A DNA stretch of 64,000 bases from Octopus vulgaris (Eukaryota). The stretch's first letter is position 1, and every line of letters starts with the position of its first letter. Positions 1-11,335 of this stretch are shown one piece after another. The notes beneath the pieces were generated by a model, which worked only from the letters and a program-made list of their open reading frames with translations, ran no database searches and had not been told where the DNA came from. The position numbers and the translations under genes were made by a program. The stretch covers positions 4,960,001-5,024,000 of the forward strand of contig OX597822.1 of the NCBI GenBank assembly GCA_951406725.2, read 5' to 3'.

Positions 1-194
1 AAGGAGACTTCACAAGAAAAAAGCAAGTAATATATTCTTTTATTCTTTTACTTGTTTCAGTCATTTGACTGTGTCCATGCTGGAGCACTGTGTATGTGGT
101 GTGTCCAACCCATGCTAGCATGGAAGGTGAATATTAAATGATAATGATAATGATGATATATATATATGTGTGTGTGTGTGTGTATGTATATATA

Positions 195-332
195 GGGAGA
201 GTTTACGAAAAAAAAAAACAAAAGACGAAGACAGGTGGTGTACAAAACAAACAGATGTATTAGTATAATGCTCAGGAATAGAAAAAGTCTTTTATGTTTC
301 GAGCCTTTGCTCTTCTACAGAAAGGGACACAC
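195..332 (-). mobile_element. Short Penelope-like terminal element with minimal hammerhead-like fold (289-324)
   Basis: Reverse complement: cttt-CTGTAGA-a-gagc aaag gctc-GAAA-ca-TA-aaag. Homologous to 19080-19272 and 17100-17270. Flanked by TA/CA microsatellite. Confidence 0.6.
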
Positions 333-339
333 ATACATT

Positions 340-961
340 TTAACCCTTTAGCATTTAGTCATATCCAACCCATATATCCTACCTGTTTTAAACTCAAACC
401 AGCCAGGATTTGGCCTCTCACACCTACTCTACAATGTCATTATAAACTCTGCAATCATTTCATTGAAATTTTAAAGCTATAAGGTAAAGTATGATTAATT
501 CAAAACAATGTTAATAAATAGGCGTAGGAGTGGCTGTGTGGTGAGTAGCTTGCTTACCAACCACATGGTTTCGGGTTCAGTCCCATTGCGTGGCACCTTG
601 GGCAAGTGTCTTCTACTATAGCCTCCAGCCGACCAAAGCTTTGTGAGTGGATTTGGTAGGCGGAAACTAAAAGAAGTCCATTGTATATATATATGTATGT
701 GTCTGTATATGTTTGTGTGTCTGTGTTTGTCTCCCCCAACATCGCTTGACAACCGATGCTGGTGTGTTTACGTCCCTGTAACTTAGAGGTTCGGCAAAAG
801 AGACCGATAGAATAAGTACTAGGCTTACAAAAGTAAGTGCTGGGGTCAATTTGCTCGACTAAAGTTGGTGCTCCAGCATGGCTGCAGTCAAATGACTGAA
901 ACAAGTAAAAACAAGAGTAAGCCTTACATTTGGCAGAATAATCTAGATGCTAAAGGGTTAA
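340..961. mobile_element. TTAA-flanked (piggyBac-like) MITE with a nested SINE
   Basis: TTAA-ccctttagcat ... atgctaaaggg-TTAA terminal inverted repeats. A related copy lies in the opposite orientation at 36184-36411. Confidence 0.8.
521..918 (+). mobile_element. tRNA-derived SINE, family A
   Basis: A-box-like tggctgtgtgg, B-box-like ggttcagtcc, CORE-like ccttgggcaagtgtctt, and tail gactgaaacaagtaaaa. More than 10 copies in the window. Confidence 0.9.
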
Positions 962-2299
962 GATGCTTGTACAATCAGCATCCTTTTATTGATGTGTTTT
1001 TAATGTAAATTTGCACACTGGTGAAACATATCGTTTGTTATTGTTACCCACTAAACTGTAAGGACGGACTAATGTATTTGTCTGCCAGGCAAACTGAGAC
1101 GAGCAGAGTCAGTTTGGTTACTCTTCAGGCAAAATACAAAATACAGTCGGTCGTTCATTTTTGAGTTTATTCTGAAGTTGTGATATGTAATAGAAATGAA
1201 AATACAGCCACTTTTGTTTTTGTTTTCTTTTCATTGTGGTACAAATCTGCATCTCTGAAATTTAGCCAATGAATACTGACAGTGCTTCTGCGGTTCCTGC
1301 TGCAGCTACATATACAAAATAAATTACTATAATAGCAAAGATAGCACCTATGACCACCGTTTGGTTAGCAGTTTAGCACTTTAACCTCACAGCCATTGAG
1401 CAATGAAATCCTATCACTGTATTGCAGATAAAAGGTAAAAAGAAAACCAAAATATCTTTAATAAACATCCTGTGAGCTTTTCTTAAATAAGCCTGTCATT
1501 TTTCTGAATGAAGACTTACATTTCTATGTAAACAGTAGGTATCATTCGTTGCACCTGCTCTGACAGTTATAAGACCACTTTGGCAGAGAAATCCCTTGCA
1601 GGATTCTATGTCATTGACTGAACTTCTGTTTCTTTTATTAGCAGAATACATCAGATATATAAAAAAGAAAACACAAATTCAATAACAATATTTTATGTTT
1701 TGGTTCCAGTAAATATACAAGTCTAAGTGTGTGTATTTACATTCATCTACTCCCGCCCCATATACATATATATAAATACACACACACGCGCACACACACA
1801 GATGTAAATATATGCATACATACAAACATTTACATCTATCGCTTTCTACACACACACACATACCGTATAACTCTGAGCAACTGAATATGTTCTAGGGAAA
1901 TAAAAAACAAAAACAAGACATCGAATATGTCTGTAGCAGACAAGTTTAAAATGCTTTTCTCCATCGGCCATTTCAGACAAGCTGCAGAGCACATTAGGTC
2001 CACATAATCAATGACAAAAAGGACTGTTTCAGATATTTTATATTTCTTGATAAGAAAACAATATTTTAAGATGCACTATTTTTATTTTCATAATAATCAT
2101 TATTATTTTATTTGTTTATTTTTTTGTTTTTATTTTGTCCTTTTTCTCTCTATCTTCTCCTTTTTCTCTATCACATGACTTTGTAAATGAACAATCTGGT
2201 TTGTTTATTTTAATGGCCTACCCTAGGTGTCAGGAAGACACTTAGCAAGAAATGGAAAGAGAATTGAAAGAAGATGCTAATGAAAATGATAATAATAAT

Positions 2300-2511
2300 G
2301 ATTTCTAATTTATGTACAAGGCCAGTAAGTCTGGCTTAAAAGGTAAGTCGATTACATTGACCTCAGAGCTTAACTAGTACCTATCTCATTGACCCCAAAG
2401 TGAATGAAAGGCAAAGTCAACCTTGGTGGAAATCGAACTTAGAACATGAGGACGGATGAAATGCCGCCAAGCATTTGTCTGGTGTGCTAACGATTCTGCC
2501 AGCTTGCTGCC

Positions 2512-2512
<1 letters not shown>
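2300..2512 (-). mobile_element. tRNA-derived SINE, family B
   Basis: Reverse complement of ggcggcgagctggcagaatcgttagcac...gcctttcatcctttcggggtcgataa...agtacc. Flanked by (AAT)n. Confidence 0.8.
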
Positions 2513-2570
<58 letters not shown>

Positions 2571-2572
<2 letters not shown>

Positions 2573-3128
2573 ATGCCCTGATGCAGTACCAGGCAGTGGC
2601 TCTCATGGCTTCTGATCTTAACTGATTAGAAGTGTTATCATGTACATCGTTTTGTCTTGGTATAAAAGATGGGCTACAGCAAATATTCTGCTCAATACCA
2701 CAAATTTGATTGTCAGTTGTTTGACCGTAACTAGTTGAGCATGTTCCTTAGTGGCTGATGAAATGTGCATCTCTGATCACGTGCAGAAGTAGTGGGGGAG
2801 CATCATAGCCATGTGTTGAGAGGGATTCTTTAGGGTTTGAATAATTCACCTCTGGAAACGTGGATATTTCATTCAACATCCTTAAACAATTCTTATTCAA
2901 GGACCTTTTGAGTTGGATTGGTTACTCAATCAGAAGAAAATTCTAACTGGGCCTCACCTGCAAGGTCATGTGCTGTTTATCTTGATATGAGATCACCATG
3001 TCGTGCACATATGGTTGTGATGCATGTGCCTGGTGTACCCTTATCAGACGGGTAGTCATGATGGGTATACTGGGTTTCGTATATTTTACCCCAGTGTCAC
3101 TTTGATGGCATGCACTGCTCTCTCACTC
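2571..3128 (+). mobile_element. About 560-bp element inserted in (AAT)n, possibly a non-autonomous or 3' part of a microsatellite-targeting retroposon
   Basis: GC-richer block with (AAT)n on both sides, ending ctctctcactc-aataataat. No ORF recognised. Strand inferred from the tail. Confidence 0.5.
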
Positions 3129-3364
3129 AATAATAATGATAATGATAATAATCCTTTCAACTATAGGCAGAATACCTGAAATTTGGGGGAAGAGAGCTAT
3201 TCAATTTCCTCAACCCCCACCTCCACCCTAGTAGTTTGATTGGTGCCCATTTTATCAGCTGACCTTGGAAGAATTGGAACTCAGAACATAAAGCCAGCTG
3301 AAATGCTGATAGGCATTTTGTTCAGTGTGCTAATGATTCTGCTATCTCACTGCCATTGTAATAA

Positions 3365-3640
3365 AATTAGAAATATTAGGATCTAGCTAGAGAGCTGAAG
3401 AGACTGTGGAAGACTAAGACAACAATTATTCCTGTAGTAATTACTGCACTTGGCACAACACCGATAATACTATTTAAAAGATCAAAAGAGATTAGATTTG
3501 AAACTTGCATAGTTGATCCACAGAAATGTACTATCCTATATTCTGCGAGTATGATAAGAAAGATTCTTGAGATTTGAGGAGACGTGGTGTCACCAACCAT
3601 TCAGATAAAATGCCTGCTAACTAAGTTGGTTTGCATAGTG
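3365..3640 (+). mobile_element. 3' fragment of an R4/Dong-type non-LTR retrotransposon (restriction-like endonuclease C-terminus plus 3' UTR)
   Basis: 3380-3577 translates DLARELKRLWKTKTTIIPVVITALGTTP...QKCTILYSASMIRKILEI*. This parallels DLEIEVTRMWNLKTETIPIIVGALG...QKIALLGTAHILRRTL at 45041-45363. Ends in (TAA)n. Confidence 0.75.
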
Positions 3641-3661
3641 TAATAATAATGGTAATTATTA

Positions 3662-3876
3662 AGGTGGTGAGCTGGCAGACTCGTTACCATACCTAGACAA
3701 ATGCTTGGCAGCATTTTTTCTGCCTTTATGTTCTGAGTTTAAACACTGCCAAGGTTGATTTTGCCTTTCATCTTTTTGAGGGGTCAATAAAATAAGTACC
3801 AACTGCACACTGGGGGCGATGAAATCGACTATCCCCCTCCCACAAATTTCAGGCCTTGTGCCTGTAGGAGAAAGGA
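3662..3876 (+). mobile_element. SINE family B
   Basis: aggtggtgagctggcagactcgtta...gcctttcatctttttgaggggtcaataaaataagtacc...gaaagga. Confidence 0.8.
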
Positions 3877-4243
3877 TTATTACCTCCACCATAGCAAAGG
3901 TGGAGGTATTGTTTTCAGTCGTGTTTGTTTGTCTGTCTGGGGACAAGATATCTCAAGAACCAGTGGATGGATTTGGATGAAACTTTCAGGGATGCTTGGC
4001 CTCATGACTGGTACAAACTGATTAGATTTTGGGATCAATCCAGTACCGGACAAGGATTCTGGATTATTTTTCTTGTTTTTTTACTTAAATTCTGAGAGCG
4101 ATTGGGTTAATTTTTAGAATTCTTGTTTGTGAGAGCAGTCAAGTTTATTTCAGAAATTCTAATCTTAAAAATCATCTCTGGTTAATCGTTGAGAGGACGT
4201 TGGTGTTGCCTTGGCAGAGGTTTATGCTCTGAATGCTCTTGTT
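3877..4243 (+). mobile_element. Non-autonomous Helentron/DINE-1-like element
   Basis: 5' ttacctccacc...ggtggaggta palindrome, then a gtttgtttgtctgtctg microsatellite. 3' subterminal ggcagagg complementary to the 5' end, terminating ...gctcttgtt in T-rich context. Confidence 0.6.
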
Positions 4244-4860
4244 ATTATTAGTATAATCATTTGATATTATCTTTAGTCTGTTTGCAGAAATAGCAGAGAA
4301 GGCAATTTATTTTCTTCTCAAATCAGAATTTTAGCAATCTTTTCTGAGGGAGAAAGCTGAAATGATGAGTGATGGTTGAAGAAGAACCTCCATGCTGGTA
4401 AGTGTGTAGAGGTCATTTGTACTTTCCTAGATGGATGGATCAGATGGATCACATCTAGCTCATAACTTCATTTTGGTCTTGGCTTGTATGGCTGGATACT
4501 CTTCCTAACACCAATTGCATTATAAAGTGCATTGCATGCACCTCTTTTATTTGGTGCCTGCATTAGAGAAGCTAAACACCTTCAACAAGACTGAAGAGTC
4601 TTCACAAACAGCTCTACACTTAATGGGGGTCACTCTGTACATAGTAGTGTGGGATAAACATACTAAGGGTATACACACACCTCTGCCCACTATTCCTGGA
4701 AGGGTCATAGGTTTAGGATCTTCGGGCACCTTTTCTATAGGGTACTATCAGAAGCAACCATCATTAGAGTTTCTGGCTTGATTTCCAAGTTTGACCAATT
4801 GAAACTGAGATCATCCAATCATCATATATACATACACACACAGACATGCATATATATATG

Positions 4861-5092
4861 TTTCTTTACTACCCACAAGGGGCTAAACATAGAGGGGACA
4901 AACAAGAACAGACAAACGAATTGAAGTCGATTATATCGACCCTAGTACGTAACTAGTACTTAATTTATTGACCCCGAAAGGATGAAAGGCAAAGTCGACC
5001 TCGGCGGAATTTGAACTCGGACCGTAACGGTAGACGAAATACGACTACGCATTTCGCCCGGCGTGCTAACGGTTCTGCCAGCTCGCCGCCTT
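4861..5092 (-). mobile_element. SINE family B (young, CpG-rich, long-tail variant)
   Basis: Closely similar to 33920-34151. tRNA-like head with B box gagttcaaattcc. Confidence 0.9.
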
Positions 5093-5124
5093 AATGCATA
5101 TATATATATATATACGAATACATA

Positions 5125-5159
<35 letters not shown>

Positions 5160-5354
5160 ACCACAACTCAACATGTATTTCTCATTCTCTCTCTCTCTTT
5201 ATTCCCTCTTATTCCTTTCTGTCAAAGAGCATAGGCTTGAAATATAAAAGACCTTTCCATTTTCCTGAGTGTCAAACTAATGCACTCACTTGTTGTTCCA
5301 ACACCTGTCTTCATATTTGTTTTTCTATAAATTTGCACTATATATATATATAGT

Positions 5355-5741
5355 GGGAGTGGCTGTGTGGTAAGTAGCTTGCTAACAAACCACATGGTTC
5401 TGGGTTCAGTCCCACTGCGTGGCATCTTGGGCAAGTGTCTTCTGCTATAGCCCCGGGCCGACCAATGCCTTGTGAGTGGATTTGGTAGACAGAAACTGAA
5501 AGAAGCCCGTCATATATATGTATATATATATGTATGTGTGTGTGTTTGTCCCCCTAGCATTGCTTGACAACCGATGCTGGTGTGTTTACGTCCCCGTCAC
5601 TTAGCGGTTCGGCAAAAGAGACCGATAGAATAAGTAATGGGCTTACAAAGAATAAGTCCCAGGGTCGATTTGCTCGACTAAAGGTGGTGCTCCAGCATGG
5701 CCGCAGTCAAATGACTGAAACAAGTAAAAGAGTAAAGAGTA
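5355..5741 (+). mobile_element. SINE family A
   Basis: Near full-length match to 521-918. Confidence 0.9.
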
Positions 5742-6175
5742 TTGGTAAAAACGGTAAGATAACAAAAGAAAGAAAGAGACCTCAATATTATGTAAAGAGA
5801 GGAATTTATCTGTAAATGTAATATGTAACAATTATTCGGTAACCAAGATAAAACTCTGAGTTTCGGATGCTGAGGTGGAAATCCACACCACCATCTTTTC
5901 AGTTATCCGGCCATCGGAAAAAAACGCTATGAAAAATTACCATTATACAAAGGGAAACTACTGTGTTATTGACTGCCATTTAGACAAAGGCGCTATTCGA
6001 CTGACCGCTAATTAAGGTGAGGGGGTAAAAAGTTCATTGTATAATGGTCATTTTTCATAGTGTTTTTCTGATGGCCGGATAACTGAAGAGATGGTGTGGA
6101 TTTCCACCTCGGCATCCAAAACTCAGAGTTTTATCTTGGCTACCGAATAATTGTCACATATTACATTTACAGATA
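5742..6175. mobile_element. Fold-back Penelope-like terminal element with a hammerhead-like fold in each arm
   Basis: Inverted arms at 5807-5950 and 6037-6175. Arm consensus: gataa-CTGAAGA-gatg...catcc-GAAA-ctcagag-TT-ttatc. Confidence 0.7.
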
Positions 6176-6190
6176 TATATATATATATAT

Positions 6191-6370
6191 TATCATCATC
6201 ACCATTTAACATCCATTGTCCATGCTGGCATGGGTTGGACAGTTTGACTGGGCTGACATGCTGGAAGGCTGCATCAGACTCCAGTCTGATTTGGCATGGT
6301 TTTCTACAACTGGATGCCCTTCCTAATGCCAACCACTCAGAGTGTGTAATGGGTGCCACTTGCATGACAC
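6191..6370 (-). mobile_element. (GAT)n-tailed retroposon, family C (5' truncated)
   Basis: catcatc...ccatgctggcatgggttggac...ggatgcccttcctaatgccaaccac, shared with many copies. Confidence 0.8.
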
Positions 6371-6418
6371 TGATATATATTTATAAACACACACATATAT
6401 ATATTTACGCACACACAC

Positions 6419-6575
6419 AAGGTGCAGTCCCAGGAATTTTTCGAAGTAAGGGCACAAGCTCAGAAGGGAATACAATTCCAGGAGAAAAGGGTGTAGTAAC
6501 ATTATTTAGTTGGGCACACTTCTTTTCTTGAGGGGTCATGTGCCCCTCAGGCACCCCTCCCTCAGTCTGCTCCTG
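6419..6575. mobile_element. Degenerate short non-autonomous DNA transposon
   Basis: GC-rich block inside (CA)n with imperfect inverted ends aggtgcagtc...gtctgctcctg and an internal ggggtcatgtgcccc hairpin. Confidence 0.35.
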
Positions 6576-7345
6576 CACACACACATAAATAGATAATTTT
6601 TAATTGGCAGAAGTTACAAAGTGATTCAAAGGCTAAGATTTTATTTGTATGCTAATCATTACATTGCATATATAACTCAAGCATTCGCATATTTAGAAGA
6701 TACAATGTGAGAGAGAGAAAAACTGAGAAAGACAGAGGAAGAGAGAGAGAAAGACGAACTGATAGTGAAAGAGGAAGTCAGAGACTGCAAGGGTAGTGCA
6801 GACTGATTGTAAGACAAACTGGTTTGGTGGTCTACCTAATCATGTTTTAATTTGTAATCTTATAAAACATTTGAATAAAAGATATACGAATAGTTGCAAA
6901 GGTGACCTTAGATTTTTGAGTCATCTCTCGAGGAATGATAAAAACAAAATCACCCCCACACCTTGCCGAGATAAGCAGAGGCAACCATATCTGATATTGA
7001 ATTAGGCACCAGTGATCATTTGATTTTTCTACAATTGCATCACCCTGTAAGACAGCTCTTTTGGAGTAGACTGGAGTGTTGTTTGCAGAAACTCAAAAAC
7101 AATATCTCCTCTGATGCCCACCACTACCATTAAAAATAACATCAAGAACAAATAATATTTTATATTCATTTATTTTATCAGCCAGTTCAAAAACAATCAC
7201 AATAAATTTGTAGCCAATAAGCAAATAGGAAAAAAGGAAAAAAAAATGAAATGATAAAATTTAGTGAAATGATAATAAATTTGTCTTGATATAACATTGA
7301 CTTATTATTATCATCATCAATAATAATAATAATAATAATAATAAT

Positions 7346-8040
7346 GGTTTCAAATTTTGGCACAGAGCCAGCAAGTTCAGGGGTGGGGGTAAATCGATTA
7401 TGTCATCGATTCCTGTACTTTACTGGTACTTATTTTATTGGCCCCTAAATGATGGAAGGCAAAGTTGACCTCAATGGAGTTTGAACTCAGAATGTAAACA
7501 GGTGAAATGCTAAGCATTTTGCTCAGTGTGTTAACAATTCTGCCAGCTCACTGCCCCAATAACAATAATAATGGTCTCAAATTTTTGCTACAAGCACAGC
7601 ATGTTGGAGGGGATTAAGTTGATTACATTGACCCCAGTATGTAACTGGTATTTATTTAATCAACCAGAATTTGAACTCGGAAAGTGGCAGCAGACGAAAT
7701 ACCACTAAGCAATTAAAATTGGTAAACTAACAATTCTGCCAGTTTGCCACCTTAATAATAATAATAATGGTATCTGATTTAGGGCAGCAATTTTGAGAGG
7801 AAGCGGGGTTCAGTCATTTAGTGACCTGCAGTATATAACTGGTACTTTATTTTATTCATCGATGAAGGATGAAAGGCATTCTGGACTGTGGTGAAACTTG
7901 AACTTAGAACAAAAGAACCAGAAGAGATACAAAAAAAACATTTTTTCCAGTGCTCTGCTGATTCAAGGCCTGAAATTCTGGACGATGGATTTAGTCAGTT
8001 AAGCTGACATTAGTACTTGACCAGTACTTTAATTCATCAA
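7346..8040 (-). mobile_element. Tandem cluster of 3-4 degenerate family B SINEs separated by (AAT)n
   Basis: Repeated blocks ...gaactcagaa...ttctgccagctcactgcc at about 7346-7556, 7572-7752 and 7768-7960. Confidence 0.7.
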
Positions 8041-8462
8041 ACTCCAGAAGAATTCCTTGATCTTACCAGTCAAAAATTTTACCATCAGAACTCAGTTTAC
8101 TAAAATTAACAAACTACATCCATGTCTCCTGGATATCTCATGGACATGCTGCAAGTTCCATACCTTTTTCCTTTCCCAAACAGCTGAATTGTGGAATAAA
8201 TTCTCTTCTCATTGTTTTCCTGCAGAATAACAATCAAATTTGTGTTAACAAGTTTCTTTCCTAATGCTGGCCATTTCCTTCACTTTAAGATTTCTATTGA
8301 TTGTTTTATTACTCTCCCTTTTAATTTAATTTTATCAGCTCCTTTATTGTGATGTCATTTACCCCCATTTTATAGCTGTCAGTTTTTTTTATCAGTTCTT
8401 TTATTATCATCTCATTCATTAAAATTTTTTATTGCCATCTTTTATTTGCTTCTTAAATATAT

Positions 8463-8871
8463 TCTCTTTTACTCTTTTACTTGTTTCAGTCATTTGACTG
8501 TGGCCATGCTGGAGCACTGCCTTTAGTCGATCAAATCGACCCCGGGACTTATTCTTTGTAAGCCCAGTACTTATTCTATCGGTCTCTTTTGCCGAACCGC
8601 TAAGTGACGGGGACGTAAACACACCAACATCGGTTGTCAAGCAATGCTAGGGGGACAAACACAGACACACAAACACACACATACATATACATATATATAC
8701 ATATATATGACAGGCTTCTTTCAGTTTCCGTCTACCAAATCCACTCACAAGGCATTGGTCGGCCCGGGGCTATAGCAGAAGACACTTGCCCAAGATGCCA
8801 CGCAGTGGGACTGAACCCGCAACCATGTGGTTGGTTAGCAAGCTACTTACCACACAGCCACTCCTGCGCCT
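8463..8871 (-). mobile_element. SINE family A, full length
   Basis: Reverse complement of the family A consensus, ending cacacagccactcctgcgcct. Confidence 0.9.
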
Positions 8872-9499
8872 ATGTGTATATATTTACATTTTTCTAGTAG
8901 TAGTAGTACAAATTATACTTTACCCTAATTTTTCACCAAGACGTAGCCTATGAGCATTGCTTCAGATGATTTTAAGGAAACTTCATTTTCAAATGTGAGG
9001 ATAGTTATGCTTTTATCAATTAAACCACGTGCATTAATACATGAGCCAATAGCTTAGCAAATAAAGACTTTACTACACTCTGACCCACTGATTCATAATT
9101 CAATGGTCTTCTTTTATTTGCTGCAAGTTCTATGATGTTGGGAATGATACAAAGGAAAAAAAAACAAAAGGGAATTATAAACAAAAAAAGGGGGTCATCA
9201 CCTCGTACAAAAAAGTGGCATTGAAAAAATAAAGGCACATTAATAAATGGATAATTGTGGTTTCTATTTTAGGCACAAGGCCAGCAATTTTGAAGAGTAA
9301 GAGGCAATTTGATTACATTGATTCCAATATTTAACTGATACTTTACCTTATTGAATCTGGAAGGTTGAAAGCAAAGTAAACCTTAGTGAGATTTGAAATC
9401 AGTGAAAGGTTACGACAAACATTATAATGTTTTTTTTTTTCAATGCCCGAATGATTCAAGCAATCTGGAACCTTAGAGAAACGGATAATAAATAAAATA

Positions 9500-9900
9500 A
9501 AATAAAGGTGGAGAAATCCCACCAGGCAATTTAGGGTGTCCCATGCATTGCCTCAGATTACCCTGGTATACCAGAAGCAATTTCTTGAATGGATGAGAGC
9601 AGCTCATCCATTTCTTACCTGAGAAAAAAAAAAAGCTCTCTCTTCAAACATTTCAACAAAGTCCACCACACAACTTTTTTTTACCATAGCAACTAGATGA
9701 GGAAGGCAGCTGAAAGAAGATGCTAGGTTGCCTTTCACCAGACTTAGTTGATGACCAGATCTATCCTGCATGAAGTAATAATTGTTTGACATAAACCCAC
9801 ACACTGGCAATGCATAATCACTAAGTGAGTGTACACTAGATGATTTTGCATTCTCATCACACCGGGTGTATCACAGAATAATTCAGTAGCTGGTGATTCC
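9500..9900 (-). mobile_element. Decayed Tx1/L1-like LINE ORF2 C-terminal fragment
   Basis: With a frameshift it translates LVAMVKK/VVWWTLLKCLKRE...FSG. The same motif occurs on the + strand near 10700. Confidence 0.5.
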
Positions 9901-9999
9901 AACAAGGCAGACATATCTGGACAGTTTATCCTGAACAGACAAAACTTCTCCCTAACATTGCCAGACTAAGGACTTTTGGAAGTTGTCCACAAACCTTCA

Positions 10000-10860
10000 T
10001 CTGGAAGAGACTGAAATAGACTGCGAAAACTGTATGTTTTAATGTCCTGAATTGCACTTACGCTTTTGTTGTTCATATTCTCCACTAACTATCAATGGAA
10101 TGCAAGGGTTAACTTGTTGCCAATGGGTCACCCGACAGAGAGTAGTGAAAGCTTGACAAAATTCTAAATGCCTATGGTCCTACCTTGGTCTGCACTTCAT
10201 CCAGAAATGTAGATTGGTCAAAAAGATAAATTGTGGAAAGGTATGTTATATGACTACACCTGTTCTCCTGTTATTTTAGTTCAGGAATCACTGCAATGTA
10301 TCAGCCTCAGCACATGTCTATGCATAATTAGCTAGGGCACTCTGAGAAGCTTGAAGAGAGTGTTGGCAGTCGAAGGACAACTAGATCAATAGAAACTGTT
10401 CATTCCATTAAAGCTGAACAAACACTTGTTCTAATCCATTCAGATTTTTCCTGGGACAATGCAGTAGGATACCACTGGCTAACTACTTCTGTTTTAAAAG
10501 ACAGCTTCCTCTCAGACTATTTCTAAGTGGAACTAGCAACCCTGCTTGTAACCTACTTCCAATTTTTATCCACCTGAATGTCTGGTCTAAAATGAATATT
10601 AAGCACCTTAAGTCGCCCTTGGTCCAGTGACAGAAACTTCTATACTGCATGGACTTGCCTTCCCAAGTGCTAAGCTGAAAGCCCACTAATACTGGTTAAT
10701 GCAAGTTGTGTGGTGGATTCTGTTGAAATACTTGAAGAGAGAGTTTTTCTTCTCAGGCCAAACCATTATCAACTTCAAGTAACAACCATAAAAACAAGGG
10801 AAGAAATGGATGTATTGCTCTCCAATAAATGTCTTGAAAGGTGTCCTATTTCAATCAGAA
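10000..10860 (+). mobile_element. Decayed Tx1/L1-like LINE ORF2 C-terminal fragment
   Basis: Translates QVVWWILLKYLKREFFFSGQTIINFK near 10702-10780. Many stops and frameshifts. Left boundary is uncertain. Confidence 0.5.
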
Positions 10861-10869
10861 CACTCCTCA

Positions 10870-11335
10870 ATGTCTCCAACCTCTCCAGCAAAGTTCCAAC
10901 ATAAATCCATGCAGAAGGTATGAAAAGGAGGTCCTTTGGTAGCTAAAGCATATGATATGAAATGATTTTGATGGGTGGCCAAACAGATGCTGCAGTACTT
11001 TGTAGGAATCCAATGTCAGATGATTAGATTGAGACTGGCTATGCTTAGGATAGCTGCCAGATAGCACTGGCTAAACAGGTCATATGTTTGAGACTAATCA
11101 AAACTGATCAGACTGCACTGAAGTTAGACCTAGTAATGACTTATTCTTGAATGTAACATATGAAATGGAGATTACTGTAGACATATTGGCTGTTAATTGT
11201 ACGAATTTGTGCATTTCTGACTAAATTATAGTCTACAAACAGCATTGACCTCTTAGCAGGCTCCTTTGCTAAAATCTTTAACTCTGTGTTGAGGAGAGTT
11301 ATGGGTATAAACACCTTTTTTATATTTGTCACAAG
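10870..11335 (-). mobile_element. Decayed Tx1/L1-like LINE reverse transcriptase fragment
   Basis: PITLLNTELKILAK matches the L1/Tx1 RT motif RPISLLNxDxKILAK. GHPSKSFHIICFSYQRTSFSYLL aligns loosely with the F...RQGCPLSPLL motif region. Confidence 0.7.

Noticed and set aside
5564-5815. Recurrent ORF MTTDAGVFTSPSLSGSAKETDRIS (also 8419-8640 and 63479-63691)
   Set aside because: A chance frame within SINE family A copies, not a gene family.
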